From assembly GCA_963721805.1 (NCBI GenBank), contig CAVRJY010000001.1, positions 704,001-768,000 on the forward strand: DNA of 64,000 bases. The letters run 5' to 3'. A program made the position numbers and the translations under genes. Numbering within the stretch: the stretch's first letter is position 1; each line of letters begins with the position of its first letter. A model generated the notes under the pieces. That model did no database searches, had not been told where the DNA came from, and worked only from the letters and a program-made list of their open reading frames with translations. Origin of the DNA: Nitrospirota bacterium. Lineage in GTDB: Bacteria > Nitrospirota > Thermodesulfovibrionia > Thermodesulfovibrionales > JdFR-86. Positions 52,184-62,606 of the stretch are shown piece after piece.

Positions 52184-52555
52184 ATGAAGAAAATCCTGCT
52201 GGTCGACGACGACCCGAACATCCTCAAGTACTACAAGGAGGAACTCCTCGACGAGGGCTACGACGTGCACACGGCCGGCTCGGGGAAGGCGGCCATGGAG
52301 ATGTTCGAGACCGTGGAGCCGGACCTCGTATCGCTCGACATACTGATGCCGGACATCGACGGCATCAGCCTGCTAAGGAGGATGAAGGAGCTCAGGCCGC
52401 GCCTCCCGATCATCATGTCCACGGCCTATGACTACCGCGACGACTTCGCGGTCTGGGCATCGGAGGCCTACATCGTCAAGTCCCACGACCTGACCGAGAT
52501 GAAAAACGTGATCAGGAAACTGTTAAGCAAGCCCGAGGCCCCGGAACAGGCATGA
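52184..52555 (+). CDS. Single-domain response regulator
   Basis: ILLVDDD...LDILMPDIDG...STAY...VKS. Confidence 0.9.
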   Translation: MKKILLVDDDPNILKYYKEELLDEGYDVHTAGSGKAAMEMFETVEPDLVSLDILMPDIDGISLLRRMKELRPRLPIIMSTAYDYRDDFAVWASEAYIVKSHDLTEMKNVIRKLLSKPEAPEQA

Positions 52556-53788
52556 GCAATGTGACACTCAGGGCGGAGGCCGCGGTATACGGCGGCTTTG
52601 TGATCGCCCGCGAGGGCGGCGTGGTGTTCATCCGGGGCGCGATCCCCGGCGAGCTCGTCGAGGCCTCGGTGCAGGAGAAAAAGCGCGACTACGCGGTCGC
52701 CGAGGTGCGCGAGGTCATCGAGCCCTCGGACGCGCGGATCACGCCTCCCTGCGAGTACTTCGGCCGCTGCGGCGGCTGCCAGCTCCAGTTCATGACGTAC
52801 GAGCGCCAGCTCATGCTCAAGGCCGAGGTGCTGCTGGACTGCCTCAAGCGCATCGGCGGGATCGAGCGCGAGCTCGTAAGCCCGGCGCTCTCCGGGCCGG
52901 AGTTCGGCTACAGGCTGCGCGCGCAGTGGAAGGTCTCGAAGGAAGGCGCGATAGGGTTCTACCGCGAGGGCACGCGCGAGGTCGTGCCGATCAGCGCATG
53001 CCCGCTTCTGGACAGTTCGGTCAACGAGGCCACCAGCCCGCATGAAGGCCGCCGGGATCGGGGGAGCGCGGGAGCTGCACGTAACATGCGGCGCGGACGG
53101 AAGCGCCGAGCTGCTGATTAAGGGCATCCCATTTGACGACGAGCTCGCCGAGCGGCTGGTCACCGAGGCCGGTTTCAGAACCGTCGCTTTTGACGACGGG
53201 TCGTACCGCGGGCCGGGCTACGTTAAGCTCGATATGGAGGGGCTTTCATACAGCGTATCGCCCTGGAGCTTTTTTCAGTCCAACTGGGGGATGAACCGCG
53301 AGATCACGGCGATGATGCTCGAGGCGCTCGGGCCTGTCGCGGGGCTGCGCGTGCTGGACCTATACGCCGGGGCCGGGAACTTCTCGATGCCGCTTGCCGC
53401 GGCCGGGGCGACGGTCGTCGCGGTGGAGGAGAACCCTTATTCGATCAGGGACGGGGCGCGCAACATCACAGCTAACAACCTCGCTAATTACGAGTTCGTC
53501 GAGGGCTCGGCCGAGAGGGCGAAGCTCAGGGGCAAGTTCGACCTGCTGATACTCGACCCGCCGCGCGCGGGGCTTACGAACGCGGTCGCCGTGCGCGTGG
53601 CCGATATCGCTGCGCCGCGCATAGTTTATATCTCATGCAATCCATCGACATTCAGCCGCGACCTCAAGAAGCTGTCCGAGGGGTACGATATCGACTCTAT
53701 CCGCATCGCGGACTTCTTCCCGCAGACATACCACCTCGAGAGCATCGCGTTTCTTACCAGGAAGGCAGCCGGGGCCTCGTCCGCATAG
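52552..53788 (+). CDS. RlmD/TrmA-type RNA (uracil-C5) methyltransferase, apparent frameshift near 53035
   Basis: TRAM domain and C-x5-CGGC in the first ORF; SFFQSN, LDLYAGAG, LDPPRAGL, YISCNP, DFFPQTYHLE in the second. Confidence 0.88.
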
Positions 53789-53818
53789 GCGGAGGGTACG
53801 AGGCCCCGTGTGTGCCAC

Positions 53819-53843
53819 GGGGGGCCGACTGGCCCCCTTTTTT
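53819..53843 (+). terminator. Intrinsic terminator
   Basis: GGGGGCC-GACT-GGCCCCC followed by a T run. Confidence 0.75.
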
Positions 53844-53877
53844 CAGGATAGAGCATCGTAGACGGGGATTTATCTGC

Positions 53878-54006
53878 TCAGTGCGCGCCGTGTATGAGCA
53901 TCGGCAGGCAGCGCGTGCAGACGAACTTCTCCTCGCCCTTTTGAACGCAGGGGAGGTAGACCCTCTCGGGGTCCTCGGTGCCGCATACGAAACACTTGGT
54001 CTTCAT
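53878..54006 (-). CDS. 42-aa Cys-rich small protein
   Basis: MKTKCFVCG...CTRCLPMLIHGAH has two CxxC motifs; ATGA overlap with the upstream gene and a GGAGG RBS. Confidence 0.7.
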   Translation of the reverse strand: MKTKCFVCGTEDPERVYLPCVQKGEEKFVCTRCLPMLIHGAH

Positions 54007-54209
54007 GATTTTGGGGCCTCCAGTTCGTTTATTTCCTTCACTATCTTCTCGGGGTCGAGGTTGTGCATCATCGAGCCGAAGCTTATGGACTCCACCTTGA
54101 TGCCGGGGCATGTGAAGCAGCCGCCGCCGAAGTACTTCTGTATCACCTTCTGAGCCTCCGGCACTTCCTTGATCGCGTCTCCGATCAGCGTATCCTTTGT
54201 AATCGCCAT
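54003..54209 (-). CDS. DUF1858-type small protein
   Basis: ITKDTLIGDAIKEVP...GCFTCPG..ESISFGSMMHNLD; RBS AGGAGG. Confidence 0.8.
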   Translation of the reverse strand: MAITKDTLIGDAIKEVPEAQKVIQKYFGGGCFTCPGIKVESISFGSMMHNLDPEKIVKEINELEAPKS

Positions 54210-54269
54210 CTTTGCGCCCTCCTTTTCGATTTCTTAGTTCTATCATATCAGCCCCCAGCAGTCCGCGCT

Positions 54270-54297
54270 ATGACCGGCGTCATATGACGCGGATCAT
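54270..54297. promoter_or_regulatory. Tandem Crp/Fnr-type operators in a divergent promoter
   Basis: ATGA-CCGGCG-TCAT directly followed by ATGA-CGCGGA-TCAT; -10 elements TATACT (54320, +) and TATGAT (54247..54242, -). Confidence 0.7.
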
Positions 54298-54361
54298 TGC
54301 CCGGTAAGGCTTTCTAGGCTATACTGAGTTCAAGGATCAAATTAAAAGGAGGGCATATCAA

Positions 54362-54769
54362 ATGGACAGATTCGTCAAGAACTTCATCGCGGTGAGCATC
54401 TTCTATCTGGCCCTGGCCTCGATCATAGGCGTGGCCATGGGCGTCCGCCCCGAGACGATGAGCTATCTCAGGTTCGCGCACTCGCACCTGATGCTCATAG
54501 GGTGGGTGACGATGATGATATACGGCGTGGGCTACCACGTCCTGCCGCGCTTCGCCGGGAAGCTCATCAAGCACAAGGGGCTCGCGGACATCCAGTTCTG
54601 GCTCGCGAACGTCGGGCTCATCGGGATGGTCGTCTTCTATACCGTGACGCAGTTGGGCACGGACATGCGGCTGCTGTTTGGGATCTCGGCCGCGCTTCAG
54701 GTCGCCTCGGCCTTCATCTTCTTTTACAACATGATCACGACGCTGTACTCCAGCGACGAGACTCATTAA
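54362..54769 (+). CDS. Small 4-TM protein resembling a fragment of heme-copper oxidase subunit I
   Basis: FAHSHLMLIGWVTMMIYGVGYHVLPRF motif; RBS GGAGG. Confidence 0.7.
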   Translation: MDRFVKNFIAVSIFYLALASIIGVAMGVRPETMSYLRFAHSHLMLIGWVTMMIYGVGYHVLPRFAGKLIKHKGLADIQFWLANVGLIGMVVFYTVTQLGTDMRLLFGISAALQVASAFIFFYNMITTLYSSDETH

Positions 54770-54813
54770 ATTGCTCTCCACGCACACCTTAGTGTGCGCG
54801 GAGCCTCAAAAAG

Positions 54814-55497
54814 CTAATCGACTCCGGCCGCGGCGCGGAGGCCGGCGAGGTCGCGGATCGTGACCTTCCCGGCCTTCTCGGTCACGAGGCCGCTTTTTTT
54901 AAACTTGCTCATCGTGCGGATCGAGGTCTCGACCGTCGTGCCGACCATCTCGGCGATGTCCTGCTTCGTGAGCTTCATATCTATCGCCACGCCATCGGGG
55001 GTCTTGTGCCCTGACTGCTCCGAGAGCTTTATCAGCAGGGCCGCGATGCGCGCCCCTACCTTCTCGAGCGCGATGTTGCGCGTGGATTCGTGAAACTCCT
55101 TGATCCTGTCGCCGAGGCTCTGCATGATCCCGAGCATCACGACCGGGAAGCGGTCGAGGACCTTCAGCAGGTTTACGCGCGAGCACCTGAGAACGCGCGT
55201 GGGCTCGATCGCGACGGCGTTTGCGGGGTAGGGGAAGCCCCTCACCACCGCGACCCCGCCGAAGAACTGCTTGGGCTGGATGAGTTCGAGGATGATCTCC
55301 TTGCCGTCCTGGGAGAGCTTCGTGATCTTGACCTTGCCCGAAAGAACGACATAGAGCCAGTCCGAGGGGTCGCCCTCTGAAAATATCGTCTTGCGCTTGG
55401 GGTAGTCGTGCTCGGTAAAGAACGGCGAGATTTCTTTAATCTCTGCTTTAGTGAGCATTGAAAACAGCGGGAGTTCGTCTAGGTTTATCATCAGCAT
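54814..55497 (-). CDS. Crp/Fnr-family transcriptional regulator (HcpR/DNR-like)
   Basis: cNMP-like domain IFSEGD...SGKVKI, HTH LTKQDIAEMVGTTVETSIRTMS; no FNR Cys cluster. Confidence 0.92.
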   Translation of the reverse strand: MLMINLDELPLFSMLTKAEIKEISPFFTEHDYPKRKTIFSEGDPSDWLYVVLSGKVKITKLSQDGKEIILELIQPKQFFGGVAVVRGFPYPANAVAIEPTRVLRCSRVNLLKVLDRFPVVMLGIMQSLGDRIKEFHESTRNIALEKVGARIAALLIKLSEQSGHKTPDGVAIDMKLTKQDIAEMVGTTVETSIRTMSKFKKSGLVTEKAGKVTIRDLAGLRAAAGVD

Positions 55498-55626
55498 ACC
55501 TTACCGTAGCATGGCCTAAATTTCAACCTCTGGTGTGAAAGCGCTCCAAATCGCTTGATACTGCGTTGGGCATCGGAGACTCGCCCTCTATGTACGTCAC
55601 AGTACACCATCGGGCGGTCTTCTTGC

Positions 55627-56721
55627 AGTGGATTGTCAAGCCAAGTGCAACAGGCGCGCATTTGCCGCAACCTCGGCGGGTGCCCTGTAGTCCAGCGTTT
55701 TTCTTGGTCTGTTGTTAATCTCATCAACGACGCGATCCAGCTGCTCCTGCGTTACTGTGTTGAAGTCGATCCCCTTCGGAAAGTACTGCCGCAGCAGCCC
55801 GTTGAGGTTTTCGTTCTGGCCGCGCTGCCATGAGCAATAGGGGTCGGCGAAGTATACGTCGATCCCCATCATGTATTTTAAGTCCCTGTAGCATGCAAAC
55901 TCGCTGCCCCTGTCCACGGTCATGGTCATACGCATGCCCTGCCGCAGGCCTCCCAGCGCCGATACGGCGGCCTCCCTCAACGCCTCCGAGCCGGGCCTCG
56001 GCATCTTCCTCGATATAAGGTAGAGGCTCTTGCGCTCGTTAAACGTTGCGATGCACGTTTTCCCGTCGAACCCGTAGACGGTATCCGCCTCCCAATCCCC
56101 GAAGCGTCCCTTCCGGACCACGATCTCGGGGCGCTGCCTGATGCTCAACGCCCCATTGAACCGGCCCCTGGTCTCAGGCCCCCGGGCTTTTCTGTAGCTC
56201 CTTCCCTTACGCCTCAGCATGCGATGCATCGAGCCCCCCATCGCCCTGTCCTGCCGTATCCATCTGTATAGCGTGGCAAAGGATATCCGCATCTCTGTGC
56301 TATGTGGATGGTCAAGCTTAAGGCGGCCCGACACCTGCTCCGGCGACCAACGCCTGCAAAGTCCCGCCATCGCATAGCCGATCAGGCCGTCCGGCCAGCG
56401 CTTCAGGCGTCTGCTCGCAAAATGCCTTCGGCGGACATAGAGCACGGTTGCGGCGTGCGCGCCATAGAAAGACTTCTTCGTGTTGCGCCGCAGCTCCCGG
56501 CTCACGCTCGATGGCGAGCGGCCAAGCTGGCGCCCGATCTCACGTATGCTCACCCCCGCATAACGCATCCTTGCGATGCCCTCCCGCTCATCAATGCTAA
56601 AATGACTGTAGCCCATCGTCCCTCCCTCTCTGTTTCGTCTGGTTGGTACTTGACTCTAACAGAACAGGATGACGATGGGCTTTTTCTTTCACAGGTGTTG
56701 CACTTCACATTACAATCCGCG
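55627..56721 (-). mobile_element. IS30-family insertion sequence
   Basis: Imperfect IRs GTGGATTGTCAAGCCAAGTGCAACA / GCGGATTGTAATGTGAAGTGCAACA, 2-bp GC target duplication, transposase inside. Confidence 0.92.
55636..56616 (-). CDS. IS30-family transposase
   Basis: LGRSPSSVSRELRRN, WSPEQVSGR, GDWEADT, DRGSEF, PYCSWQRGQNENLNGLLRQYFPKG. Confidence 0.95.
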   Translation of the reverse strand: MGYSHFSIDEREGIARMRYAGVSIREIGRQLGRSPSSVSRELRRNTKKSFYGAHAATVLYVRRRHFASRRLKRWPDGLIGYAMAGLCRRWSPEQVSGRLKLDHPHSTEMRISFATLYRWIRQDRAMGGSMHRMLRRKGRSYRKARGPETRGRFNGALSIRQRPEIVVRKGRFGDWEADTVYGFDGKTCIATFNERKSLYLISRKMPRPGSEALREAAVSALGGLRQGMRMTMTVDRGSEFACYRDLKYMMGIDVYFADPYCSWQRGQNENLNGLLRQYFPKGIDFNTVTQEQLDRVVDEINNRPRKTLDYRAPAEVAANARLLHLA

Positions 56722-56891
56722 GCCCTGCCTTGTCTGAAGCCGATTTGGCCGCGCTTTCGGGGGGCACGGAAGAAGGTCGCCCCCCGCGCCCCCAAGGAAA
56801 GGTATTGATTTGGAGATAAATGCGCAAAATCAAATAAACTGTTACCATTATTCGATTTCAATTGTGCAATATGAATGATATAATTGTGTGC

Positions 56892-58259
56892 ATGAAACTA
56901 ATTGCAGGTAGTATTAATGGGGAGCATTTAGATGAACTTCTTGAAAATTCAATCGCCAAAACTACTAATGTAAAAGCAGCCGTTGCCTATGCTAACTCCT
57001 CACCTAAACTATTCGATAAATGTTGGGACAATAGCATTCGTATCACTTTTTGGTGTCGATATGACGAGTCGATTCCAGTTTCCACACAGATTCTAAAAAA
57101 ATTCCTAGACCGTCGTTCCCCCAATTATGTATGCAAACTTGTTCGAGATATTTTTCATGCGAAAATCATATGGTGGGAAGGTTACGGTGTATATATCGGC
57201 TCAGCCAATCTAACTTCAAATGCATGGGGCGGCAACATTGAAGCAGGACTGTTTTTGACAGAGGAGGAAATTGTTTCTAAAGAGCTTGAAGAGGGTCTAA
57301 ATAAATTTTTCGAGGAGCTAGATAATTATTCCAATCCGCTCACAACCGAGGTTTATAATTACTTAAAAGAAATTGAGACAAAACTACGTATTGAAATAGA
57401 CCCCAAAAAAGCTGAAATGCGGAAACAGTTTGAAGAAAATAATCCGATTCCGTCCTTAAGGCCCTTAATCCTTATGAGTAAAAGGACTGCTGTCGAAAAG
57501 AAGAAAGAGGCATTCTTAAAAGAATGGAATGCTACTCTACAGATTATGCGCGATATCGCTGATAGGGTGTCGGATGATGTGTATAGGCCTTCATGGATAA
57601 CTGAAGAAGTGCCAAAGGGAGTTCAAACCGATCAGTTCCTACATGCATATTATTATAGTCGTGTAATGGACGGCAATAAAGCTAGACATCATGAATTCTA
57701 TGAGAAAAACCAAGTGAATCCTGAAGATGCATTAATCCAAGCAATGTCTTGGTGGAATAAATTACCTAAGGCACCACATAACGAGGACGTAACAATATAT
57801 GAATGGGCAATATACAATAAAGTTCATTTAGGTGAAACCCGCATTCTTGCCTTAACATCTGAAGAATTTGTTGGGGTTTGCGAAAGAATCCACGCATTGC
57901 GTGAGCACTCTAAACGATTAGAGTATAAGTCTATTGGTTTAATCAGGCCACCAGATGGTATAGATGCCGATGCTCGCATCAGATCACTTGGCGAGTGGCT
58001 GTATCAGCAAAAAACAAAAGAGGGGAAGACAGTTTTGGAGAAGTTGCATTATTTGTTATATGGAGGAAATAGTGATGATATTCCTGAAAGACTATGGGAA
58101 TCGTACAATTCCGACAAATGGGATATACCTCATATTGGGATTAGTACTCTTGGAGAAATAATTGGATGGGCGATGCCCGACATTTTTCCACCGAGGAATG
58201 GGCGTACAAGCAAGGCATTAACTGCTCTTGGATACAAAGTAACACTTCATACAGAATAA
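56892..58259 (+). CDS. AT-rich phospholipase-D-like (HKD) nuclease-domain protein, putative defence/restriction enzyme
   Basis: N-terminal AVAY...FHAKIIWW...YIGSANLT is the PLD/BfiI-type HxK-GSxN motif; start at 56892 or up to 30 nt earlier. Confidence 0.75.
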   Translation: MKLIAGSINGEHLDELLENSIAKTTNVKAAVAYANSSPKLFDKCWDNSIRITFWCRYDESIPVSTQILKKFLDRRSPNYVCKLVRDIFHAKIIWWEGYGVYIGSANLTSNAWGGNIEAGLFLTEEEIVSKELEEGLNKFFEELDNYSNPLTTEVYNYLKEIETKLRIEIDPKKAEMRKQFEENNPIPSLRPLILMSKRTAVEKKKEAFLKEWNATLQIMRDIADRVSDDVYRPSWITEEVPKGVQTDQFLHAYYYSRVMDGNKARHHEFYEKNQVNPEDALIQAMSWWNKLPKAPHNEDVTIYEWAIYNKVHLGETRILALTSEEFVGVCERIHALREHSKRLEYKSIGLIRPPDGIDADARIRSLGEWLYQQKTKEGKTVLEKLHYLLYGGNSDDIPERLWESYNSDKWDIPHIGISTLGEIIGWAMPDIFPPRNGRTSKALTALGYKVTLHTE

Positions 58260-58293
58260 CGGATTTCAAGCCCCATACCACAACACCCCGGAA

Positions 58294-59493
58294 TGTAAAA
58301 GTCCAGTGCTCTCCGGACAGTTTTCCATCTCATCGGTCGCACTGATCAGGCGGCCTCCTCCTCAGCTTTCTGTCTTAGCTTTTTGCCCAGCTCGATAGTT
58401 TCTATTGGCCGTCTGCCCATGTTGCGATAGCCCTTGTGAGGGCGCTCGTTGTTGTAGTGGTGCAGCCACCGGTCGAGGTCATACTGCAGCTCATCGAGCG
58501 ATGCGTAGAACCGGTACCTGAACGTCTCCGAGAAGAACTCGTCCAGGATGGTGCGATTAAACCGCTCCACGAATCCGTTTGTCCTCGGTGTCGCCACCTT
58601 CGTCCTTCGATGCGCGATGTCGTGAAGCGCCAGAAACAGCTCGTACGGATGCCGCAGCAGCTTGCCGCAGTACTCCGAGCCGTTGTCCGTCAGGACATGC
58701 TGGACCCTGATGCCATGGTCCTCGTAAAACGGCAGCACGCGGTCGTAGAGCACGTCGGCCGCCGTCTCGGGCCTCTTCGACGTGTACAGCTTGCCGAAGG
58801 CATAAGAGCCGTACGTGTCCACCACGGCCTGCAGATACACGGTCCCGATGCCCTTGAGCTTGCCCACCGTGAAGGTGTCCTGGCTGAGCAGATAGCCCGG
58901 ATATGCGCTCTCCACATGCCTTTCCCTGAAGCACGGATTGGCCCGCTCGATGAGCTTGACCTGCTCCTCCGTTAGCTCGATCTCCTTGCCGTTAGCCTCC
59001 TGCTCAAGCCGGAGGATGCGCTTGGCCTTCGACTCCAGCCCCTCGCGAACCTGGATGCGATACACAGTTGAGGGACGCACCAATATGCCCTCCAGAAGCA
59101 GGTGCTCGAAGATGCGCTGCTTCCCCCACCGGGGGTGAGCAAGGCTCATCTCGATCACTCGCTTGCGGGCCTCCTCAGGCGTCTTGTGGGGACAGCTACG
59201 CGCTATCGGCGGAAGGTCCGCGAGCCCCGCAAACCCCTGCTCCTGAAACGCCCGCTTGTACTCGTAAAACTGGCTGCGGCTCACCCCCCGGCGGCGACAG
59301 GCCTCCGACACGTTCCTGAGCCTCTCGGCCAGCTGAAGCATTGAAAGCCTCCCTTGTGATATCTTTTCTTTGGCAGTCATGCCCTTCCTCCTTCGGTCTG
59401 TGTTTTGTGGTGAAACATTCTAACCGATGGAAGGGCTGGCTGCCGCCTGCTTTTTCCAGCCTGATACTGTCCGGTAAGAGCGTAACCTTTACA
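58294..59493 (-). mobile_element. IS481-family insertion sequence
   Basis: Ends TGTAAAAGT...CCGGACAGT / TGTAAAGGT...CCGGACAGT, 8-bp duplication CCCCGGAA at 58286 and 59494. Confidence 0.92.
58346..59380 (-). CDS. IS481-family transposase
   Basis: NVSEACRRRGVSRSQFY, QDTF, LTDNGSEY, PRTNGFVERFNRT, YNNERPH. Confidence 0.94.
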   Translation of the reverse strand: MTAKEKISQGRLSMLQLAERLRNVSEACRRRGVSRSQFYEYKRAFQEQGFAGLADLPPIARSCPHKTPEEARKRVIEMSLAHPRWGKQRIFEHLLLEGILVRPSTVYRIQVREGLESKAKRILRLEQEANGKEIELTEEQVKLIERANPCFRERHVESAYPGYLLSQDTFTVGKLKGIGTVYLQAVVDTYGSYAFGKLYTSKRPETAADVLYDRVLPFYEDHGIRVQHVLTDNGSEYCGKLLRHPYELFLALHDIAHRRTKVATPRTNGFVERFNRTILDEFFSETFRYRFYASLDELQYDLDRWLHHYNNERPHKGYRNMGRRPIETIELGKKLRQKAEEEAA

Positions 59494-59497
59494 CCCC

Positions 59498-59553
59498 GGA
59501 ACTGGTCAATAGGAACTGGTTCCTAGGAACCAGTTCCCAGGAATCGGTTCCCA
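59498..59553. repeat. Four tandem 14-bp imperfect palindromes
   Basis: GGAACTGGTCAATA / GGAACTGGTTCCTA / GGAACCAGTTCCCA / GGAATCGGTTCCCA. Confidence 0.85.
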
Positions 59554-59682
59554 TGGACGCGTTCCGCCTTTTGGTTCTATCATCGCGCATGAAATATATA
59601 AAGGCTATATCAACTAGCAAGGTGGGCGGGAATAACAACTTTGCAGTCTATGCAAATTATGATTCTGTGCGCCCTCCTAAAT

Positions 59683-59844
59683 CATCAGAACAAAACCCCG
59701 AAAAACCGGCTGAAACATCCGAACATCCGAACAAACGCGGAGCGGCAAAAACTAACGAATTCACGGTGTTGCGCCCGGTTTCATGCAAAACATCCGAACG
59801 CTATAAAATAAAAGGCGCGCGCGCGGTATGCGTAACTATAGTAA
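59683..59844 (+). repeat. ACATCCGAAC multi-repeat module B (homologous to 19851..20012)
   Basis: Same motif order and same 54-nt spacer length as module A, with a divergent spacer sequence. Confidence 0.85.
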
Positions 59845-60017
59845 GCCGTTGACCTCGCGGGGCGCGGGGGGCGACCTTCTTCCGTGCCCCCCGAAAGCGC
59901 GATAAATCGTGTCAGACTAGGAGCGGCGAGCAGACCGCCCGATGGTGTACTGTGACGTACATAGAGGGCGAGGATGCGAGCCGTGACAACGTATCACGCG
60001 AGTTTAGCGCGCTTTCA
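59845..60017 (-). repeat. Hairpin repeat family copy 7 (type A linker)
   Basis: GCCGTTGACC tail, GGGGCGCGGGGGGCGACCTTCTTCCGTGCCCCCCGAAAGCGCG identical to copy 2, apex GTGTACTGTGACGTACAT. Confidence 0.92.
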
Positions 60018-60065
60018 AGAAAGCGGGCTAACCTTGACTAGCTTATATATATCAGGTACATTGGA

Positions 60066-61045
60066 ATGATGAGCCCCCATAGGGATATCGTGCTTGTGGT
60101 CGAGGACGACGAGAGTATTGCCGAGCTTGAGCGCCGCCATCTGGAGCGCGACGGCTTCGAGGTCCTGATCGCGCAGAGCGGCCGGCAGGCGCTCGGGCTG
60201 ATAGACGGCGGCAACCACCACCCCTCGCTCCTGATCCTCGATTACCGCCTGCCGGACACCTCCGGCGTCGAGCTGATGCAGAGGGTCAGGGACGCGGGCC
60301 TCGACATCCCGGCGGTCATCGTCACCGCGGCCGGAAACGAGGAGGTCGCGGTCTCGGCGCTCAAGCTCGGGGCTATGGACTATATCGTCAAAGATAGAGA
60401 GACGATCAAGGCGCTCCCGGCCACCTGCCGCGAAGTACTCAGGCGGTTTAACCTCGAACGCGAGAACGCGCGCCTGATCGAGCAGATGCGCACGCTCAAC
60501 CTGGAACTCACCGAGAGCAACCGGAAGCTCGACGACATCTCGAAGCGCGACGAGCTGACCGGGATCTTCAACCGCCGCTACCTGATGGAATCGCTGGGGC
60601 ATGAGGCCGCGCGTTCGGAACGCTACGGCGCGCCGCTGAGCTTCGTGCTCTTTGACCTCGACTTCTTCAAGCACATCAACGACACCTACGGCCACACGGC
60701 CGGGGACCTCGTGCTAAAGCAGTTCGCGGCGGCCGTAAGCGGGAGGCTCCGCAAAACCGACATATTCGGCCGGTACGGGGGCGAGGAGTTCGTCGCGGTG
60801 CTCACGGACACTCCGCTTGACAAGGCGGCCGCGATAGCCGAGGACATCCGCTCGATGATCGAGGGGCACACGTTCGGGTATGAGCATACGCCGCTTAGGC
60901 TCACGGTGAGCGCGGGGGTCGCGGGGATGGTAGCCGGGATGAAGATGGAAGATCTCGTGGAGCTTTCGGACCGCGGGCTGTACCAAGCCAAGAACTCCGG
61001 CCGAAACCGCGTGGTAGCGCACCAGCGCGGCGAGTCGCCCGAATA

Positions 61046-61049
<4 letters not shown>
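60066..61049 (+). CDS. Response-regulator diguanylate cyclase (REC-GGEEF)
   Basis: Receiver domain, [29 protein letters not shown]-site, GGEEF. Confidence 0.93.
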
Positions 61050-61981
<932 letters not shown>

Positions 61982-62016
61982 GACAGATTATACCACGGAG
62001 GGTTATACTGGGTAAG

Positions 62017-62577
62017 ATGAATTTGCCAACCATGTTCCTGATAGCGCTGGGCCTTTCGATGGACTCCTTCGCGGTCTCGGTCGCCAACGGCTTCAGCATC
62101 GAGAACTGCCGCATGCGCCACGCCCTTCAGATCGCGCTTTTCTTCGGCGCGTTTCAGGCCCTGATGCCCGTGGCAGGATGGGCCGCGGGGCAGGGCGTCC
62201 GGGGGCTCATCATGGACTACCAGCACTGGGTCGCGTTCGGGCTGCTGACGTTCATCGGCGGCAAGATGATCTGGGAGTCCAGGGTCATCGACCAGGTCGA
62301 GCGCTCGTGCCGCACCTTGGGGCTTGGCACGCTCGTGGGGCTCTCGATCGCGACGAGCATCGACGCTCTCGCGGTCGGCGTTACTTTCTCGCTGCTCGGC
62401 GTGGAGCTGCTCGTCCCGGTCCTGATCATCGGGCTCGTGACGTTCGCGGTCTCATACGCGGGGGTCTTCATCGGCAGGCGCTTCGGCGGGATATTTGGCC
62501 GGAAGCTGGAGGTGGCCGGGGGGCTGATCCTTATAGGGATAGGGGTGAAGATACTGCTGGGCCGCCTTGGCGGATGA
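62017..62577 (+). CDS. mntP: Manganese efflux pump MntP family
   Basis: GLSMDSFAVS, FQALMP, ATSIDALAVG. Confidence 0.9.
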   Translation: MNLPTMFLIALGLSMDSFAVSVANGFSIENCRMRHALQIALFFGAFQALMPVAGWAAGQGVRGLIMDYQHWVAFGLLTFIGGKMIWESRVIDQVERSCRTLGLGTLVGLSIATSIDALAVGVTFSLLGVELLVPVLIIGLVTFAVSYAGVFIGRRFGGIFGRKLEVAGGLILIGIGVKILLGRLGG

Positions 62578-62606
62578 GGGTATACGTTATGTTAAAATAT
62601 TGTGCT

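Larger units (their letters stand above)
55537..56808 (+). repeat. Hairpin repeat family copy 6 (type A), split by IS30 into 55537..55626 and 56722..56808
   Basis: The two flanks rejoin into a close match to the reverse complement of copy 2; the tail is degenerate (AAGGAAAGGTATTGA). Confidence 0.9.

Noticed and set aside
55636..59380. IS30 or IS481 transposase as the mobiliser of the repeat-bounded islands
   Set aside because: Each has its own IRs and target duplication unrelated to the repeat, and each is a later insertion into pre-existing sequence.
62570..62598. dif site (TTATGTTAAAA resembles a XerD arm)
   Set aside because: No XerC-like arm at the required position; better explained as the extended -10 (TGTTAAAAT) of the TPR gene.
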